A DNA stretch of 20,000 nt from an uncultured virus (IMG/VR IMGVR_UViG_3300003267_000135) (lineage: Duplodnaviria > Heunggongvirae > Uroviricota > Caudoviricetes): positions 46,463-66,462 of IMG/VR virus record IMGVR_UViG_3300003267_000135; one strand, 5' to 3'. Below, piece by piece: positions 8,480 to 17,860 of this stretch (position 1 is its first letter; every line of letters starts with the position of its first letter). The notes beneath the pieces were generated by a model. The model made no database searches and was not told the DNA's origin. It saw nothing but the letters and a program-made list of their open reading frames with translations. A program made the position numbers and the translations under genes.

Positions 8480-9745
8480 ATGGCTCCGACCTCTGGATTT
8501 CTCCTATCAGCCCTGCCGCGTTCGCCGGATGTTCCAGCGCGTATCGGCCAGATCGATGCGCGGGAAATCTACGACAGTGTGCGGCAATCGCTCAGCACTG
8601 CGGAACAGATGCGCAGCGCAACGGGGCGCGTGATTCTGGCCGACGAACAGATGCGCACGGGTGTTGCCGAGAACCAAGCGCGACAGGACACGCTGCCAAC
8701 ACTCACGCAGGCGACATTGACCGATGTCCCCTTGCGCAGCCAATTGCTCGCCCAACAGGTGGAGGCTGGCCCCGCTCATACGCGATTACTTGCAGCGCAG
8801 GCGGCAGGAGCGGAAAGCTCACTAGCGGCTAACCAGTCGCTCCGGGATCAGCAAGCCGCGTTGCGCGCCAAGGCCACGGCGGAAATGCCGTCGTTGCTGC
8901 AAGAGCGTGAGGCAGCAAACAAGCTCGCCGGCTACAACGAAAGCGCCGCAGCACTCGGCAATCTGCGCGTCAAATATCCGTGGATCGCGCTTCCAGAATT
9001 TAAGGACACGCTGGGCAAGTCGCTCGACGAGGAACAGCAGGCCGCGCTTAAGGCGGCAAGTGCGCAGGCCGACCGCGAAAGCCGCGAGTCGATTGCAACC
9101 ACGCGATCCGCGGGCACGGTGGACGCAGCTCGTGCGCGTGCGGAAGCCACCAAAACCGCGGCGGCGCTCCGCAATGGACCGCTGGCTTTGCTCAGCCGGC
9201 AAGCCGAGCTTATCGAAGCAGCCGGGTTGTTCCCGGATGATCCGATGATCGCGCAACAACTGGAGAGCGTGAACGCAGTTTTGCGCAATCAACAGGCGTC
9301 CGAGATGAAGAATCCAAACGCAGCCAAGGTTTCACCTCCCGCGGGATTGGTGTTGTTGCAGAACAAGCAAAAGCTCATCGCGGCCAAGGACGCCGCTCAA
9401 GCGGTGCTCGATCAGGCGTTGGACGATGGCGATCCCGAGGTGATCGCGGCGGCACAAGCGGATTACAACACGGCGGCGGCGCTTGCTGCGGACGCGACAA
9501 ACGAGCATCAGCTTTATCACGCCGAGCGCACAAAAAAGATTTCCAAGGGAATCGACGCTGCGGCAATCGACGCTCTTGCCAGCAAGCTAACGGGTGGCAA
9601 AACCACACCACCTGCCGCGACCCCTGCACATCCGACGGGCGCGAAGACGCTCACACCGGAAAAAGCAGCGGAATACCTGAAGGCCGCAGGAGGCGACAAG
9701 ACCAAGGCGCGCGAACTGGCGCGCAAAGACGGATGGAGCTTCTAA
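8480..9745 (+). CDS. Second ejection / internal virion protein (helical)
   Basis: 421 aa, Ala/Gln/Glu-rich and Cys-free, probably coiled-coil. Ends AAEYLKAAGGDKTKARELARKDGWSF. Lies between the small and large ejection genes. Confidence 0.55.
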   Translation: MAPTSGFLLSALPRSPDVPARIGQIDAREIYDSVRQSLSTAEQMRSATGRVILADEQMRTGVAENQARQDTLPTLTQATLTDVPLRSQLLAQQVEAGPAHTRLLAAQAAGAESSLAANQSLRDQQAALRAKATAEMPSLLQEREAANKLAGYNESAAALGNLRVKYPWIALPEFKDTLGKSLDEEQQAALKAASAQADRESRESIATTRSAGTVDAARARAEATKTAAALRNGPLALLSRQAELIEAAGLFPDDPMIAQQLESVNAVLRNQQASEMKNPNAAKVSPPAGLVLLQNKQKLIAAKDAAQAVLDQALDDGDPEVIAAAQADYNTAAALAADATNEHQLYHAERTKKISKGIDAAAIDALASKLTGGKTTPPAATPAHPTGAKTLTPEKAAEYLKAAGGDKTKARELARKDGWSF

Positions 9746-9749
9746 GGCA

Positions 9750-12700
9750 ATGGATGTCTTTGACCAAGTTGCCACAGCCGAACCAAAGGCTGATGCCTTC
9801 GACGTAGCCGAGCAGGAGCTTTCTCGCCAACAGAAAGCCGCGGACCGTCGTGGCGAAGCAGAGAAGTTGTTGAACCGATTCAAACCCGTTGAATCGCCCT
9901 ATGATGACCTTTACGCTACGCTAGGCAGTCGCGCCGGACACGAACTAACCAAGGCTGCGCTGTTGGCTGGTGGAAAAAAAACGGACATCGCGCTCGGCGT
10001 CTTGGCTCCACTTGCGGCGACAGTGGCGTCAGCACCGATTCCAATTCCCGGCAGCACCGCGGCGGCGGGTGCGTCTTCATCCGCAGCGGCAGATGCCTTG
10101 GTTCAGGCGCGCGAATATCTACGCGGTGAACGCGATGACTTTTCCAAGGGGCGTCTGCTGGCAAGTGGCGTCACGGGCGCGGTTGTTCCGCCCGGCGTCA
10201 AGGCGGCATCCACCCCATTGCTTACGGCGGCGAAAACCGTCGGCATCCGCGGCGCGCAGGGCGCTGGTCTTGGGGCCGCGCACGAAGCCATTTCCGAGGC
10301 AATAGACGAGGGCAAGTTGCATGGTGGGGCCATTCTATCGGCCGGGCTGTTGGGCACGCTCGTTGGGGCAGGATTCGGCACGCTAGAGGGCGCTGCGCCG
10401 CACATCATCAAGGCACTTCGCGGCAAGACCGTCGCGGAAGCAAAGAAGGTTATTGCCGAAGAACTGCCGAAGCTGGACGCCAACGAGGCGTTGAGCGCGG
10501 CAGAAAAGGCGGAAGTGCGCGGCGTATTGGAGGGAGCGCAAAAGCGGATCGACGATCTGCTTGGCGTGAAGCCCGACACGGTGGCTCCGACTGCCGGCGA
10601 TAGCGCGCTTGCGCGGCAGGCGAATGCGGAAGCCGCCCTTGGTGGTGAAGCTCCGATCACGCGGCTGCAAAAGGCCGACGAACGCGCGGCAGCATTGGGC
10701 GCAGCTCGCGCCGAGGACGTGAAGGCATCGCTTCTTGCCCGTCAGTTGGGAGAAGGCGAATCCACGGTTTTGACCGGCGATGAGGTTCAGAACCAATTGA
10801 CGAAACTGGAAACGCGTCCCGGCGAGTCGCGACGTGAACGCGCCCGGTTGCTGGCAAAACAAGCTCAAGCCACTGCGCCCGGCGATGAGGTTGCCGCTGA
10901 ATTGTCGGCACAGGCGGATCGTGTGCTGCGCGCGGAGGGAAATGAAGGCCAAGGGCCGACTCCGGTTCGCCGTCCGGCGTCAGCCGAAAAACCCGCACAA
11001 TCGGAAGCGGTCCCACAAACTGAAAAGCCGCCTGTTGAGGCGGCTCCCACGGGTCAACCCGTGTCATCTGAGGTGCGGCCGGATACCGTGCCGACTCAGG
11101 CGACGGAGGCCGTTGCACCAACCAAGTCCGCGAGCAATCGCGAAATTGCCGACCAAAAACGGCGGATTCGGGACATGGAGCGACAGGCCGAAAAGCTGGA
11201 CGCCATCGATCCGACGCGCGCGAACGATGTGCGCGACAAGTTGGAGGCTGAACGCCTGAAACTGGCTGGCATGGTGGCCAACAAGAAGGAGGGTGCGCGG
11301 CCAACCGTGGGCGTCGGACCCGACGGCACGCGCGACATTCTGACGGACATCGCCGAATACGTCGGCACGCTGCGCACAGCTGGCGACAGCGAATCGAAGG
11401 CGCGGCTCAATGTGCTCCAAGGTATCGCCCGGCGTCTGCGCGGCGGCATTGAAGGAGCCGAATGGAGCGACGCGATCGAGACGCTGAACAGCATCGGCGC
11501 GCGTTCGAACAGCGAAGCAGGAGCATACAACTTCACGACCGCGGCAGAACTTGAGGACGCGATTTCCAACGCGCTTGCCGCACGGGAAAAGGCGCGTGGT
11601 TCGCTCAAGGTGGAGAATTACCAACAGCGCGTTGAAGAGGGGTTCATTGCTGCAAACGAGGAAGATGCTGCGCGGCTACTCGCTTCGGGCAAAGGGCGGC
11701 AGATCGAAGAGATCGGCGTGGGCGGAAAATTCAAGATCGACGGCGAGAAGTTCTCGATTGTTGGTGTCGAGGAAACAGCGAACGGCACATACGAATACAT
11801 CGTCAAGGACGGGCATATGTTCCGCGTGCCCGAGGGAACTGTTGTCACGCCGGACAAAGGGAAGGTGACGCACGCCAAGCGACTTTCAAAGGCATCGACC
11901 GATTTTCTGCCTTCCGAAGATTTGCCGCAGTCTCCCCAAGGAGGAGCTGAGATTACGCCGAACGTTTCGCCGGAAGGGGCTGCGGCATCTAAAGCCGAAG
12001 GCTTCCGGCTCGAATCTGTCACAAACGAACAGCAGGCGGCGGAAGCTGCGGCAAAGCGCGAGCGTTTACTGGCGCAGGAGCGTAAGCAGAAGATCGAAAC
12101 GCTTGCCGAAAAGCCGTTGACGGGCGACAGCTCGGACGTGGGCCAAGGCACGTTGCTCGCGGGCGACGAAGATTTGTTCAGCGGGCCGAGTGCGGAAACG
12201 TTGGCGAAGAAAGATCAGCGCGGCTCCATCGGCACCGGCCTACTCTTCAGCACTCCATTGCAGTCCGCGTTGGGCGGCGTCGCTGGTGGCGTTTACGGAT
12301 CAACGCAGGGCGCAACGCCGGATGAGCGTCGCCAAAACATGCTGCTAGGTGCGGCGGCTGGCGCGGCTGGTGGCGCGGGGCTACGCATCGCGGGAAAAGC
12401 TGTGCTCAGTCGCATGGGCGCGAAACCCGTTTACGAGATCGACAAGCATCTTGCGCCGCCACCGTTGCCCAAGATCACTGAACAACTCGACAAAGTGCCG
12501 AGCACGATCAAGGCGGCGACGCTCTCGATTTATGCGCCGTTGGACAAACTCGTTGAGGACGTGCGCAAGGCGGCATCGTGGCTGTATGTTATTCCAAAGC
12601 GCGAGTTGCCGTTGAGCCGTGAGTTTGAACAGGTCGCAGGCGCAGCGGGCAAAGCCGGTCAGGATGTGAAGGATTACGTGCGCAACGTGCTCGATGCCGT

Positions 12701-15218
12701 GGGCGCGGATGATCGCCAGAACTTTGATCGGCTGGTGGCGCTCAAACGCATTGAACAGCGGTTGGCGTGGAACGACGCCAACGCCAGTGATCGCAAGGTT
12801 GTCGGCGACTGGACGCACGCCAAGGTTGCCGCGGATTTGGCGAAACTTGAAGCTGAGATCGGCGCACCACGCGTTGCCGAGTTGGACAAGATCGCGAGCG
12901 GCATCATGCAGACCGAGGCCGACGACGCGTTGCGGTTGCAGGTTCAAAGCGGCCGACTGTCACAGGAGTCCTACAACCGCATCAAGTCGGAGAACGATTT
13001 CTACGCGCCGTTCAAAGTGCTCGATCACTTGGAAGGATTCGACACGGGCGCGTCGCGCGCGGTCGATACGCGGGACCAACTGGCAAAGGTCATCGAAGGC
13101 ATCCACAGCACGGATTTCCATATTGAGAATCCGTCGGTTGCTCTGGCGCAGCACATTTTCAAAGGCCGCATTCTCGCCGAGAAAAACCTGAAAATGCTGG
13201 AGCTGGCAAAGCTCGCCGACAACGACGTATCGGGAACGTTGATTCGTAAACTGCAACCTCACGACGAGCCGCGCCGTGGTTACGAGACGGTGAACTATTT
13301 CGACAACGGGACGCCGATGCGTCTTGAGGTGAAACCCGATGTTGCCGAAGCCGTGAAGGGGTTGAACGCCACGCAAGCGGGATGGGTCGCCAACTTCGCG
13401 CGCAAGGCGGCAGGCGTCTTCCGATTTGGAGCGACTACCGGCAACGTCGCGTTTCAGCCGGTCAACTTCACGCTGGCCGATCAGCCGAACGTCTGGCTCG
13501 TCAGCAAATACGGCCTGAAAGGCGCACAGGACATTTGGCGCGCACCGATTGATTTTATCCACGGCGGTTACGCGTCGATTTTCTCAAACCTGCTCGGCGG
13601 CGAGGGCGGGGCGTTCGCCAAGGTCGGCGCGCACGTGCCCGGCGTGAAACAGGCCAATGACGCAGCGGCAAAGCTCGCCCGCGAGTTCTATGAGAGCGGT
13701 GCGGCTGGCTCCAACTGGCAGGAGTTAATCGACACGATGGGCGGAACCGTGGACGAAAAGCGTTTGCTCGGATCGCTCAAGCTGGGTGAACACAGCCTGC
13801 TTGATTCAATCGGCTCCATCAACAAGGCGATCGAGGAGTCGTCAAAGATGATGGGATTCAAACGCGGTCTGCGCATTGAGGGCATCGACAAGATGACGCC
13901 GGCACAGGCCGAGGAGGCGTTGAAGAAAGTCGTCGCCGAGGTGCGCAATTTCGCGGGCTCGCCGGACTTCTTCCGCAGCGGTTGGGCAGTGCGCGATCTG
14001 AACAACCTTGCGCAAATGTTCCTGAATGCGCGCGTGCAGGGCATCACCAACCTGACGGGACGACTGGCCGGCGCGGACGGCGTTGGACCGGCACGCGACG
14101 CTTGGTTGCGCATCGCCGGCACGATCGGCACAGGCGCGGCGTATCTATGGTATCGCAATCACGCGCCGGAAAACGAAGCGGATTACAACGCGCGCAGCGA
14201 AGCCGAGCGGAAGAACTACTTCCTTTTCCCACGCTATGACGAGTCGGGCAAGCCGCTGTATAGCACCAACGAGTTTGGGCAGAGCGTGCGGGAATACTGG
14301 CGTTTGCCGAAGCGCGAAGTGCTGCAATACATGGGCAACACCGTGGAATCGGCGCTCGACTTCGCGCACGACAAAGACCCGGATGCGGTGAAGAACTACG
14401 GCGTTCAGATGCTCGAAAACTTGAGCCCAGTGAACGTCGGCGGGCGCAACGCACGGGAGCGATTTGAGAGCGTGATCGGCGGCGCAAACCCGTTGGTCAA
14501 AGTGCCGTTTGAGCAAGTGAGCGGGCGCGACACATTTCGGCATCGCGACATTCTCCCGACCGATGATTTCAAGCGCGCGTCGCCCGAGAACCAATTCACC
14601 GAGACAACGCCAAAACTGATGGTGAGGGCGGCGCACGCGATGCCGTCATTTGCGCCGGACAATCTGCGCAGTCCGATGATGCTGCAAAACCTCGTCGAAG
14701 GCGCGAGCGGGCGTGTGCTCACGCAGTTCTTGCCGAAGAATCAACCGGAGGGACGCGATCCCACAGCGGCGGCGGTTGCCGGCAATCCACTGACCGCACG
14801 CATGGCCGGTTCGCTTTACGTGGACCGCAGCAAGGAGCAGGAGCAGATCGATACGCTGAAGCGTGCGGAAGCCGACACGCGCGTTGAAAAGAAGCGGGGC
14901 GCGAAGGAGACGATTTCCGAGTTGAAAACCCTGTCGGCTCCGGAGGTTTCACAGCGGCTCAAGGACATTGCGACCAATCGCCCCGAGCTGTTTGAGCAGA
15001 TCATCACGGAGATGAACAAGTCCGAGCGCGACGTGATTGATCGGCAGTTGCTTGGTCTTGGCGTGAAGAACGGCGCACGGGCGCAATTCATCGTCGGCCA
15101 ACTGCGCACCATGCAGCCGGACAAGATCGCGGATTATCTGAAGCGATTGAGCCAAGGCGATGAGGCTCCGCTGACGCCTGAAGTGTTTGAGCAAGTGACG
15201 GCGCTACTTGGGAAATGA
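9750..15218 (+). CDS. Large ejection / polyvalent protein with LPD38-like C-terminal region
   Basis: 1822 aa with glycine-zipper hydrophobic segments. C-terminal motifs FRFGATTGNVAF, MFLNARVQG, RKNYFLFP, YWRLPK and NPLVKVPFEQVSGRDTFRHRDI resemble Large Polyvalent protein-associated Domain 38. Confidence 0.7.
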   Translation: MDVFDQVATAEPKADAFDVAEQELSRQQKAADRRGEAEKLLNRFKPVESPYDDLYATLGSRAGHELTKAALLAGGKKTDIALGVLAPLAATVASAPIPIPGSTAAAGASSSAAADALVQAREYLRGERDDFSKGRLLASGVTGAVVPPGVKAASTPLLTAAKTVGIRGAQGAGLGAAHEAISEAIDEGKLHGGAILSAGLLGTLVGAGFGTLEGAAPHIIKALRGKTVAEAKKVIAEELPKLDANEALSAAEKAEVRGVLEGAQKRIDDLLGVKPDTVAPTAGDSALARQANAEAALGGEAPITRLQKADERAAALGAARAEDVKASLLARQLGEGESTVLTGDEVQNQLTKLETRPGESRRERARLLAKQAQATAPGDEVAAELSAQADRVLRAEGNEGQGPTPVRRPASAEKPAQSEAVPQTEKPPVEAAPTGQPVSSEVRPDTVPTQATEAVAPTKSASNREIADQKRRIRDMERQAEKLDAIDPTRANDVRDKLEAERLKLAGMVANKKEGARPTVGVGPDGTRDILTDIAEYVGTLRTAGDSESKARLNVLQGIARRLRGGIEGAEWSDAIETLNSIGARSNSEAGAYNFTTAAELEDAISNALAAREKARGSLKVENYQQRVEEGFIAANEEDAARLLASGKGRQIEEIGVGGKFKIDGEKFSIVGVEETANGTYEYIVKDGHMFRVPEGTVVTPDKGKVTHAKRLSKASTDFLPSEDLPQSPQGGAEITPNVSPEGAAASKAEGFRLESVTNEQQAAEAAAKRERLLAQERKQKIETLAEKPLTGDSSDVGQGTLLAGDEDLFSGPSAETLAKKDQRGSIGTGLLFSTPLQSALGGVAGGVYGSTQGATPDERRQNMLLGAAAGAAGGAGLRIAGKAVLSRMGAKPVYEIDKHLAPPPLPKITEQLDKVPSTIKAATLSIYAPLDKLVEDVRKAASWLYVIPKRELPLSREFEQVAGAAGKAGQDVKDYVRNVLDAVGADDRQNFDRLVALKRIEQRLAWNDANASDRKVVGDWTHAKVAADLAKLEAEIGAPRVAELDKIASGIMQTEADDALRLQVQSGRLSQESYNRIKSENDFYAPFKVLDHLEGFDTGASRAVDTRDQLAKVIEGIHSTDFHIENPSVALAQHIFKGRILAEKNLKMLELAKLADNDVSGTLIRKLQPHDEPRRGYETVNYFDNGTPMRLEVKPDVAEAVKGLNATQAGWVANFARKAAGVFRFGATTGNVAFQPVNFTLADQPNVWLVSKYGLKGAQDIWRAPIDFIHGGYASIFSNLLGGEGGAFAKVGAHVPGVKQANDAAAKLAREFYESGAAGSNWQELIDTMGGTVDEKRLLGSLKLGEHSLLDSIGSINKAIEESSKMMGFKRGLRIEGIDKMTPAQAEEALKKVVAEVRNFAGSPDFFRSGWAVRDLNNLAQMFLNARVQGITNLTGRLAGADGVGPARDAWLRIAGTIGTGAAYLWYRNHAPENEADYNARSEAERKNYFLFPRYDESGKPLYSTNEFGQSVREYWRLPKREVLQYMGNTVESALDFAHDKDPDAVKNYGVQMLENLSPVNVGGRNARERFESVIGGANPLVKVPFEQVSGRDTFRHRDILPTDDFKRASPENQFTETTPKLMVRAAHAMPSFAPDNLRSPMMLQNLVEGASGRVLTQFLPKNQPEGRDPTAAAVAGNPLTARMAGSLYVDRSKEQEQIDTLKRAEADTRVEKKRGAKETISELKTLSAPEVSQRLKDIATNRPELFEQIITEMNKSERDVIDRQLLGLGVKNGARAQFIVGQLRTMQPDKIADYLKRLSQGDEAPLTPEVFEQVTALLGK

Positions 15219-17803
15219 GCACAACCACCGATTTTTGCCTGACGACGATCGGCGTTGCTCCCGTGCCGCCCGCGTCGGGAACAACGCTGGTTCTAGCCAG
15301 CGGAGTAGCGACATTCCCGCCCGCTCCATTTGACGCCGCGATCTGGCCCAACGGCGTGCTGCCCAATCGCAGCAATATCGAAGTCGTCCGGGTCACAGAG
15401 GTCAATTTGCTGACAGGCCAATTCCGGATCATTCGTGCGCAGAATCAAACCACGGCTAAATCCGTGTTGGCCGGCTGGCAGATCGCCACCGTGATCGCGG
15501 AATTGGCGCTCGCCAGCGATGGCGTCGGGTTTGCCAATCCGATGACGGCGATTGGCGATATGATCTATGGGCGCAATGCGGGAGTCGCGACACGCCTGCC
15601 GGGGAACACAACCCTACGCCGCAAGTTTCTCGCTCAAGCCGGGACGCTTCCGGTCAGTGCGCTGCCGCCAGTGTGGACGGATGGGCCGCGGTTCAACGTC
15701 CGCGATTTCGGCGCGGTGGGCAACGGCACCACGGACGACACGGCGGCAATCAACGCCGCTCGGGACGCGCTCGTAGCGGCTGGCGGCGGTGCGTTGTATT
15801 TTCCGGGTGGCAGCTACCGCACGGACGGGATTACGGCGATTACGAGTTGCCCGGTGCATTTCGTCGGCGATGGCTTTTCGACTGCGACGATCATCAACTC
15901 GCACCTGACCAATCCCACGATTCAGGTGACAGGTCAGTTCATGTCGATTGCGTGGCTCAAGTTCACTTGCACGCAAGACAGGATGAACGGCAATCCGTTG
16001 TTCAACATTGATGGCAACGGAACGGACGCGCTGGTGTATGTCTCCAATTGCCAGATACGCGCCAATGCGGACTGCTTCAAAGCATATCGCTGCCTCGCCA
16101 ATTTCTCGCAAGTCACAATCAAGTGTCTGCGGCAAGGCGGCTATGCCCTATGGTGCAAGTCGGCTGGGTTAACGGCGGTAAATTGTCTGTTCTTCACGGG
16201 GGGAACCAATCAGCCGCCGCTTTGGTTGCAGGGAACGGCCACGTCGATTTCGATTGCAAACTGTGGCATCGCTGGGGCCGGTCCGCGCGCGTCCTACGTG
16301 CCGTCGTCCATCACAAGCACGGCGGGAAATTTCACGGTCAATTTCTCGGTGAATCACACGTTCGCCGTGGGCGACTGGATCAACATTTCGGGAGTCACGC
16401 CGAGCGCGTATCGCGGCTTTTGGCGGATCGCGTCCAAGACCGCTACGAGCGTGACAATCACGTCGCCGATCAATCCCGGCAACGCCACGATCTCAATCGC
16501 AGCAACGGCATTGGTGGCGGATCAACGCTATGTCATCGGTGCGTTGGGAACAACCAACTGGACGACGGTGGGCGCAGCGGTCAACGCGGTCGGAATCCCG
16601 TTCAAGGCGAACGGGGCCGGCACTGGCAGCGGCACGGCAAACGGGACGGTCTATTCGGTTTCATGCTCGGCGCTGATCGACAATGAGCTTGGGCCAATCA
16701 ACGAATCCCAGATCACCGGCTCTCAATTCGGCGCGTCCGGATACCCCAAAGACCCCCTTTCCGTTGGTTTATACGTGGACGGACGGCGCGGGGATGGCGC
16801 GATAGAGGGGTGGCAACTCACCGCGTCCTACGTGGACATTGGCCGCGTTGGCGTGCTTCTGACAGGGAAAGGTCCCGCAGGCGCGGGCACAACCGGACGT
16901 TGGCTCATTGACTCGTGTTTTTTCGAGGGCAATGCGGGCGATGGGGATTCCACCATGCTTGGACAGGTCTGGGTGGAGCAGTGTCCCGGCGTGACGCTGC
17001 GCGGCTTGAAGGGCAGCGACGCGGCAAAAGACTCGGACTGCAAGGCGCTCTATGTTTATTCCGACGGCGCGGCTCCGCTCTGTGATGGATTGAAGGTCAC
17101 GGATTCGGAGCTGGGGACGTGTGAGAACTGGACAAGCGTGGGAGCGACCAACCTTGCCAAATACGGAGCGGCATTCGAGGGCCGGATCAATTACCTGACG
17201 TTCGCCAATAATACGGTCTGGGGAAAGACATCCCCGGTGCTGAACACAGGACCGGCAATTGATGCCACAACCGTAGTTAAGAGTTCCAATAATACATTTT
17301 TCACGGGCACCGTGTTTCCAACCACGCCGATTTATGTGCCGTTTTTCTCGAATGACGGCGGTGTTCCGGTCGGTGGGATCGTGCCATACTCGGGAGCTTT
17401 TGCGGATATTCCCTCCAATTGGGCATTGTGCGATGGTTCTGGCGGAACCGTTGATCTCCGAGATCGATTCATCCTTGGCACCGCTACCGAGGCCGACGTT
17501 GGCACCACGGGTGGAACCGCCCAACACAAACATGCCGCTGGAACGCTTGCTGCCGATAGTGCCAGCGCCGGAACGCCAGCCGGAACCGTCACCGTCAATA
17601 CGACGACCGCCAATGACACCGCGACAACGGGCGCGGGAGCGCGGGTTACTGCGGTCACAGGTGCGTCGTTTGCGGGCACTGCAATGGCCGGTCACACGCA
17701 TACCATTTCCGGAAAGACTGCGGACGCGGAGGATGGCGGCGGGTCAACAGCCGATGTTCTGCCGCCATGGTTCAAGCTGGCGTTCATTCAACGCATGTCG
17801 TGA
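15215..17803 (+). CDS. Mosaic tailspike/fibre: N-terminal anchor, beta-helix with insertions, C-terminal tail collar and HxH tip
   Basis: Starts with an ATGA overlap. N-terminal anchor-like EVVRVT...IIRAQNQTTA; PMTAIGDMIYG...TRLP motif; beta-helix cap FNVRDFGAVGNGTTDDTAAINAA; collar VPVGGIVPYSG...IPSNWALCDG...DLRDRFILG; HKH and HTH motifs; ends LPPWFKLAFIQR. Confidence 0.8.
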   Translation: MSTTTDFCLTTIGVAPVPPASGTTLVLASGVATFPPAPFDAAIWPNGVLPNRSNIEVVRVTEVNLLTGQFRIIRAQNQTTAKSVLAGWQIATVIAELALASDGVGFANPMTAIGDMIYGRNAGVATRLPGNTTLRRKFLAQAGTLPVSALPPVWTDGPRFNVRDFGAVGNGTTDDTAAINAARDALVAAGGGALYFPGGSYRTDGITAITSCPVHFVGDGFSTATIINSHLTNPTIQVTGQFMSIAWLKFTCTQDRMNGNPLFNIDGNGTDALVYVSNCQIRANADCFKAYRCLANFSQVTIKCLRQGGYALWCKSAGLTAVNCLFFTGGTNQPPLWLQGTATSISIANCGIAGAGPRASYVPSSITSTAGNFTVNFSVNHTFAVGDWINISGVTPSAYRGFWRIASKTATSVTITSPINPGNATISIAATALVADQRYVIGALGTTNWTTVGAAVNAVGIPFKANGAGTGSGTANGTVYSVSCSALIDNELGPINESQITGSQFGASGYPKDPLSVGLYVDGRRGDGAIEGWQLTASYVDIGRVGVLLTGKGPAGAGTTGRWLIDSCFFEGNAGDGDSTMLGQVWVEQCPGVTLRGLKGSDAAKDSDCKALYVYSDGAAPLCDGLKVTDSELGTCENWTSVGATNLAKYGAAFEGRINYLTFANNTVWGKTSPVLNTGPAIDATTVVKSSNNTFFTGTVFPTTPIYVPFFSNDGGVPVGGIVPYSGAFADIPSNWALCDGSGGTVDLRDRFILGTATEADVGTTGGTAQHKHAAGTLAADSASAGTPAGTVTVNTTTANDTATTGAGARVTAVTGASFAGTAMAGHTHTISGKTADAEDGGGSTADVLPPWFKLAFIQRMS

Positions 17804-17825
17804 TTCGGATTGAATACGGAATTTC

Positions 17826-17838
17826 CTGATACTATCAG
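17826..17838 (+). promoter_or_regulatory. Palindrome CTGATA-C-TATCAG overlapping a candidate extended -10 element (TGaTACTAT, 17827-17835)
   Basis: Perfect 6-1-6 inverted repeat in the AT-rich 57-bp intergenic gap upstream of ATG17861. Confidence 0.4.
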
Positions 17839-17860
17839 CCAGAAATAATCCTAACCGCCC

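Noticed and set aside
9750..15218. Tape-measure protein or virion RNA polymerase
   Set aside because: I saw no tape-measure periodicity or polymerase catalytic motifs. The LPD38-like C-terminus and podovirus-type neighbours favour an ejection protein.
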